Source: Thermodesulfobacteriota bacterium (GTDB taxonomy: Bacteria; Desulfobacterota; Desulfobacteria; Desulfobacterales; C00003060). From it: a stretch of 64,000 nt of DNA. The notes under the pieces are model-generated. The model ran no database searches and was not told the origin of the DNA. It saw only the letters and a list, made by a program, of their open reading frames with translations. The position numbers and the translations under genes are program-made. The stretch lies in the NCBI GenBank assembly GCA_034189385.1, contig JAXHVD010000004.1, positions 131,195 through 195,194 of the forward strand. Reading direction: 5' to 3'. This document shows, piece by piece, positions 61,620 through 64,000 of this stretch (within the stretch, counting starts at the first letter, position 1; the number at the start of each line of letters is the position of its first letter).

Positions 61620-61949
61620 TCACTCCGATGCCGGGGGACCGTCTTGAAAATTCAGAAAATGGTCTTCGGCCTTATCAGGTCCCTTTATGACTCTGGCCAA
61701 TTCTCCGACAAGCGATCGCCTGTCTTTGATTATGAGCGTGTTTGTGGGTGCGTGGGCTACGATCGTACCGTCCTTGGTTAAGAGGGGCCTCAGAACAGAG
61801 GCAAGATTCTCAGCATCCGCATACTGGAGGGGTATTACCTTGATGACCATCGGATCCCTATACGGACTCATGGGTTCGGCACACTCGGAATCCGGACCAA
61901 TCCCTGCCACGAATATTAGCGCCACTAGGACGCAGCACAATCTGCCCAT
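61620..61949 (-). CDS. Stand-alone secretin N-domain protein
   Basis: Signal peptide, then VIPLQYADAENLASVLRPLL...TNTLIIKD. Confidence 0.7.
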   Translation of the reverse strand: MGRLCCVLVALIFVAGIGPDSECAEPMSPYRDPMVIKVIPLQYADAENLASVLRPLLTKDGTIVAHAPTNTLIIKDRRSLVGELARVIKGPDKAEDHFLNFQDGPPASE

Positions 61950-62212
61950 GTTGGTGGATTTGTTCCTCAGCGAATGATTGGAGACCCAGCTTCTGCTGAG
62001 AAAAGATACTCAGTATCGAAACGTTTTGCAACAACCAGTTACGATAGCATTTGGCTAGCTAAAAAATGCAGGTCTTTGAAATGGTTGGCTTCCATAGCAT
62101 AATCGCCAATCGGCATGATCAAACAAGCGCTTTATGTATACATAGCAGAGTCAACATGTAACGCCACTTCTCTGGCAAAGTTGCCACTACAACATGTTGG
62201 GTCTTCTAGCGG

Positions 62213-62243
62213 AAAAGGGCAGGACCATTTCTGATCCTGCCCC
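62213..62243 (-). terminator. Intrinsic terminator
   Basis: Minus strand GGGCAGGA..TCCTGCCC followed by TTTT. Confidence 0.7.
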
Positions 62244-62274
62244 CACTGGATATTTGTTTGTTGCGGCGTTTCAG

Positions 62275-64000
62275 CTATTCTATATCAAGATCCGGCACGA
62301 AAGTCTGCATCGTATTAGGAGAAGCGTCAAGCGTAACGCAGTAGTCCCCCTCGTACTTCTCACCCCAAATCACTGCTCTACCAGGTGCCTCCATCACCTT
62401 TACATGGTAGTCGCCCGTCATAGGCAGCGTAACCGTCATCTCAAGGGGCAGTTTATCGTTGAGTCTCTTAAAGAGCCGAAGTCCATTCCCTAGGTTTCTC
62501 ATTATCAAGACAGCCCTTTGTCCGGCACCGTATGCCGGTGGACTCGATTCCAGCGTTACCGTAACCGTCTCTCTCTCGGTTCCCGTGAACTTGAACACAT
62601 CCATGTCTGGAGCGTATGGCCTCGGATCGTCTCCAAGGGTAGAGCAGAGAGTGCGAGCGAAACCCCCACAATTGGCAGAAGCGCAATCAGTGCCATTGCC
62701 TTGATAGGTTCCACCGGCTGAAGTGCACTCAATGGCGATGGCTTCCATACACGAACCGTCAGGCAAGCAACATGCACCCTCTGGCTGTGCACAATTGGCA
62801 GAAGCGCAATCAGTGCCATTGCCTTGATAGGTTCCACCGGCTGAAGTGCACTCAATGGCGATGGCTTCCATACACGAACCGTCAGGCAAGCAACATGCAC
62901 CCTCTGGCTGTGCACAATTGGCAGAAGCGCAGTCAGTGCCATTGCCTTGATAGGACCCACCGGCTGAAGCGCACTCGCTGGAAGTGCCCTCCGTGCAAGA
63001 ACCGTCGGGCATGCAGCACGCCCCCTCTGGTTGTGCACAATTGGCAGAAGCGCAGTCAGTGCCATTGCCTTGATAGGACCCACCGGCTGAAGCGCACTCG
63101 CTGGAAGTGCCCTCCGTGCAAGAACCGTCGGGCATGCAGCACGCCCCCTCTGGTTGTGCACAATTGGCAGAAGCGCAGTCACTGCCATCGCCCTGATAGG
63201 TTCCGCCAGCAGAAGCGCACTCTGTGGCACTGCCCTCCGTACAGGAGCCATCAGGCATGCAGCAGGCACCGGCCGTGATCTCAAGTACCATCACCGTGAC
63301 TGTGGCCTCATTCGACGTGGCACCTTCATTATCTTGTACCGTATAGGTGAAAGCGTCGTTTCCAGTAAAACCTGTGTCAGGCGTATAGGTGACAGTGCCG
63401 TCTAGATTGTTGATGACGCTGCCCTCACTTGGCCCTGACAGTATCGCCACCGATGTGGGATCGGTAGTGCCGTCGACGTCGACATCATTGCTAATGACAT
63501 TGATACTCACCGGGGTGTCTTGGTCCGTCGTTTCCAAGTCGTCATGTGCCACGGGAAGTTGATTCGCTGAACCAGTAGTCGTCAGCCAGACACATGGACT
63601 AACAATGTCGCCAGTTGGATGATGTGCCACAACCCTCCAGGTATACCTGCGGCCAGCCTCAAGACCGTCTACCGTGATCGAAGTAGACGAGATATTGTCT
63701 CCTATTCTCTCAAACGGGCTAACCACCCCACTGGCCAAGTAAACGTCGTATCCTGTGGCGCCAGCAACACCATCCCAGCTGAGAGTGACACTGCCGGAAA
63801 CGACATCACTGCCGGAAGAAGGATTCATGCTGTAAATGCCTTGGCGCAGTGTGGAAGGGATTTTTGTCATGGAGACTGAGTACGTCCCAGAGTGATCCAG
63901 ATTGTAGTCTTGGATAACTATAGTATAAAGCCCACTCTGTTCCAGCTGGTGGTCCAAACGACTACCACTGAGATCATAGGTGTATGCTTCAGCGGGTCCG
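62275..64000 (-). CDS. Large secreted modular protein, 5' end off window (FN3-like, Ig-like, Cys-rich repeats, PPC-like)
   Basis: Frame open to the window edge; WDGVAGATGYDVYL, NQLPVAHDD...TYTPDTGFTGNDAFTYTV, GACC repeats. Confidence 0.85.
   Translation of the reverse strand, partial: GPAEAYTYDLSGSRLDHQLEQSGLYTIVIQDYNLDHSGTYSVSMTKIPSTLRQGIYSMNPSSGSDVVSGSVTLSWDGVAGATGYDVYLASGVVSPFERIGDNISSTSITVDGLEAGRRYTWRVVAHHPTGDIVSPCVWLTTTGSANQLPVAHDDLETTDQDTPVSINVISNDVDVDGTTDPTSVAILSGPSEGSVINNLDGTVTYTPDTGFTGNDAFTYTVQDNEGATSNEATVTVMVLEITAGACCMPDGSCTEGSATECASAGGTYQGDGSDCASANCAQPEGACCMPDGSCTEGTSSECASAGGSYQGNGTDCASANCAQPEGACCMPDGSCTEGTSSECASAGGSYQGNGTDCASANCAQPEGACCLPDGSCMEAIAIECTSAGGTYQGNGTDCASANCAQPEGACCLPDGSCMEAIAIECTSAGGTYQGNGTDCASANCGGFARTLCSTLGDDPRPYAPDMDVFKFTGTERETVTVTLESSPPAYGAGQRAVLIMRNLGNGLRLFKRLNDKLPLEMTVTLPMTGDYHVKVMEAPGRAVIWGEKYEGDYCVTLDASPNTMQTFVPDLDIE
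62668..63270 (-). repeat. Five tandem 123-bp (41-aa) Cys-rich GACC repeats
   Basis: Visible in DNA and protein; units 2 and 3 match each other, as do units 4 and 5. Confidence 0.95.

Noticed and set aside
62556..63284. Repetitive alternate-frame ORFs
   Set aside because: By-products of the 123-bp repeat.

Overview
Window from an inferred sulfate-reducing Desulfobacterota chromosome (canonical dsrC, PEP-CTERM protein, sigma54 signalling). It opens in the end of an integrative element: a small RHH-like regulator and a large serine recombinase whose last codons run into the 3' remnant of a split receiver-adenylate cyclase gene. Housekeeping genes follow: queF, rlmN, ffh-rpsP-khpA-rimM-trmD-rplS-rnhB-yraN-rsmI, pyrR, dsrC, csp, def, mpl. 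Next is an acetate-use cluster: sigma54 promoter, two acs paralogs, SSS transporter, CoA-transferase-like/GNAT fusion, cNMP-CBS-nucleotidyltransferase plus exonuclease, and a two-component pair. A DAHP synthase-prephenate dehydratase fusion and the trpEGDCFBA operon diverge, each with its own attenuator leader. Then come an IspH-UbiA-like fusion and an uncharacterised DUF885 / apparently re-permuted ATP-grasp / methyltransferase operon. The variable right end holds an IS3 relic, an IS110/IS1111 element whose 3' non-coding RNA loops match its own target and donor junctions, degenerate repeats between unrelated genes, a DRR-repeat microprotein, and secreted proteins. All calls come from reading motifs by eye; no searches were run.
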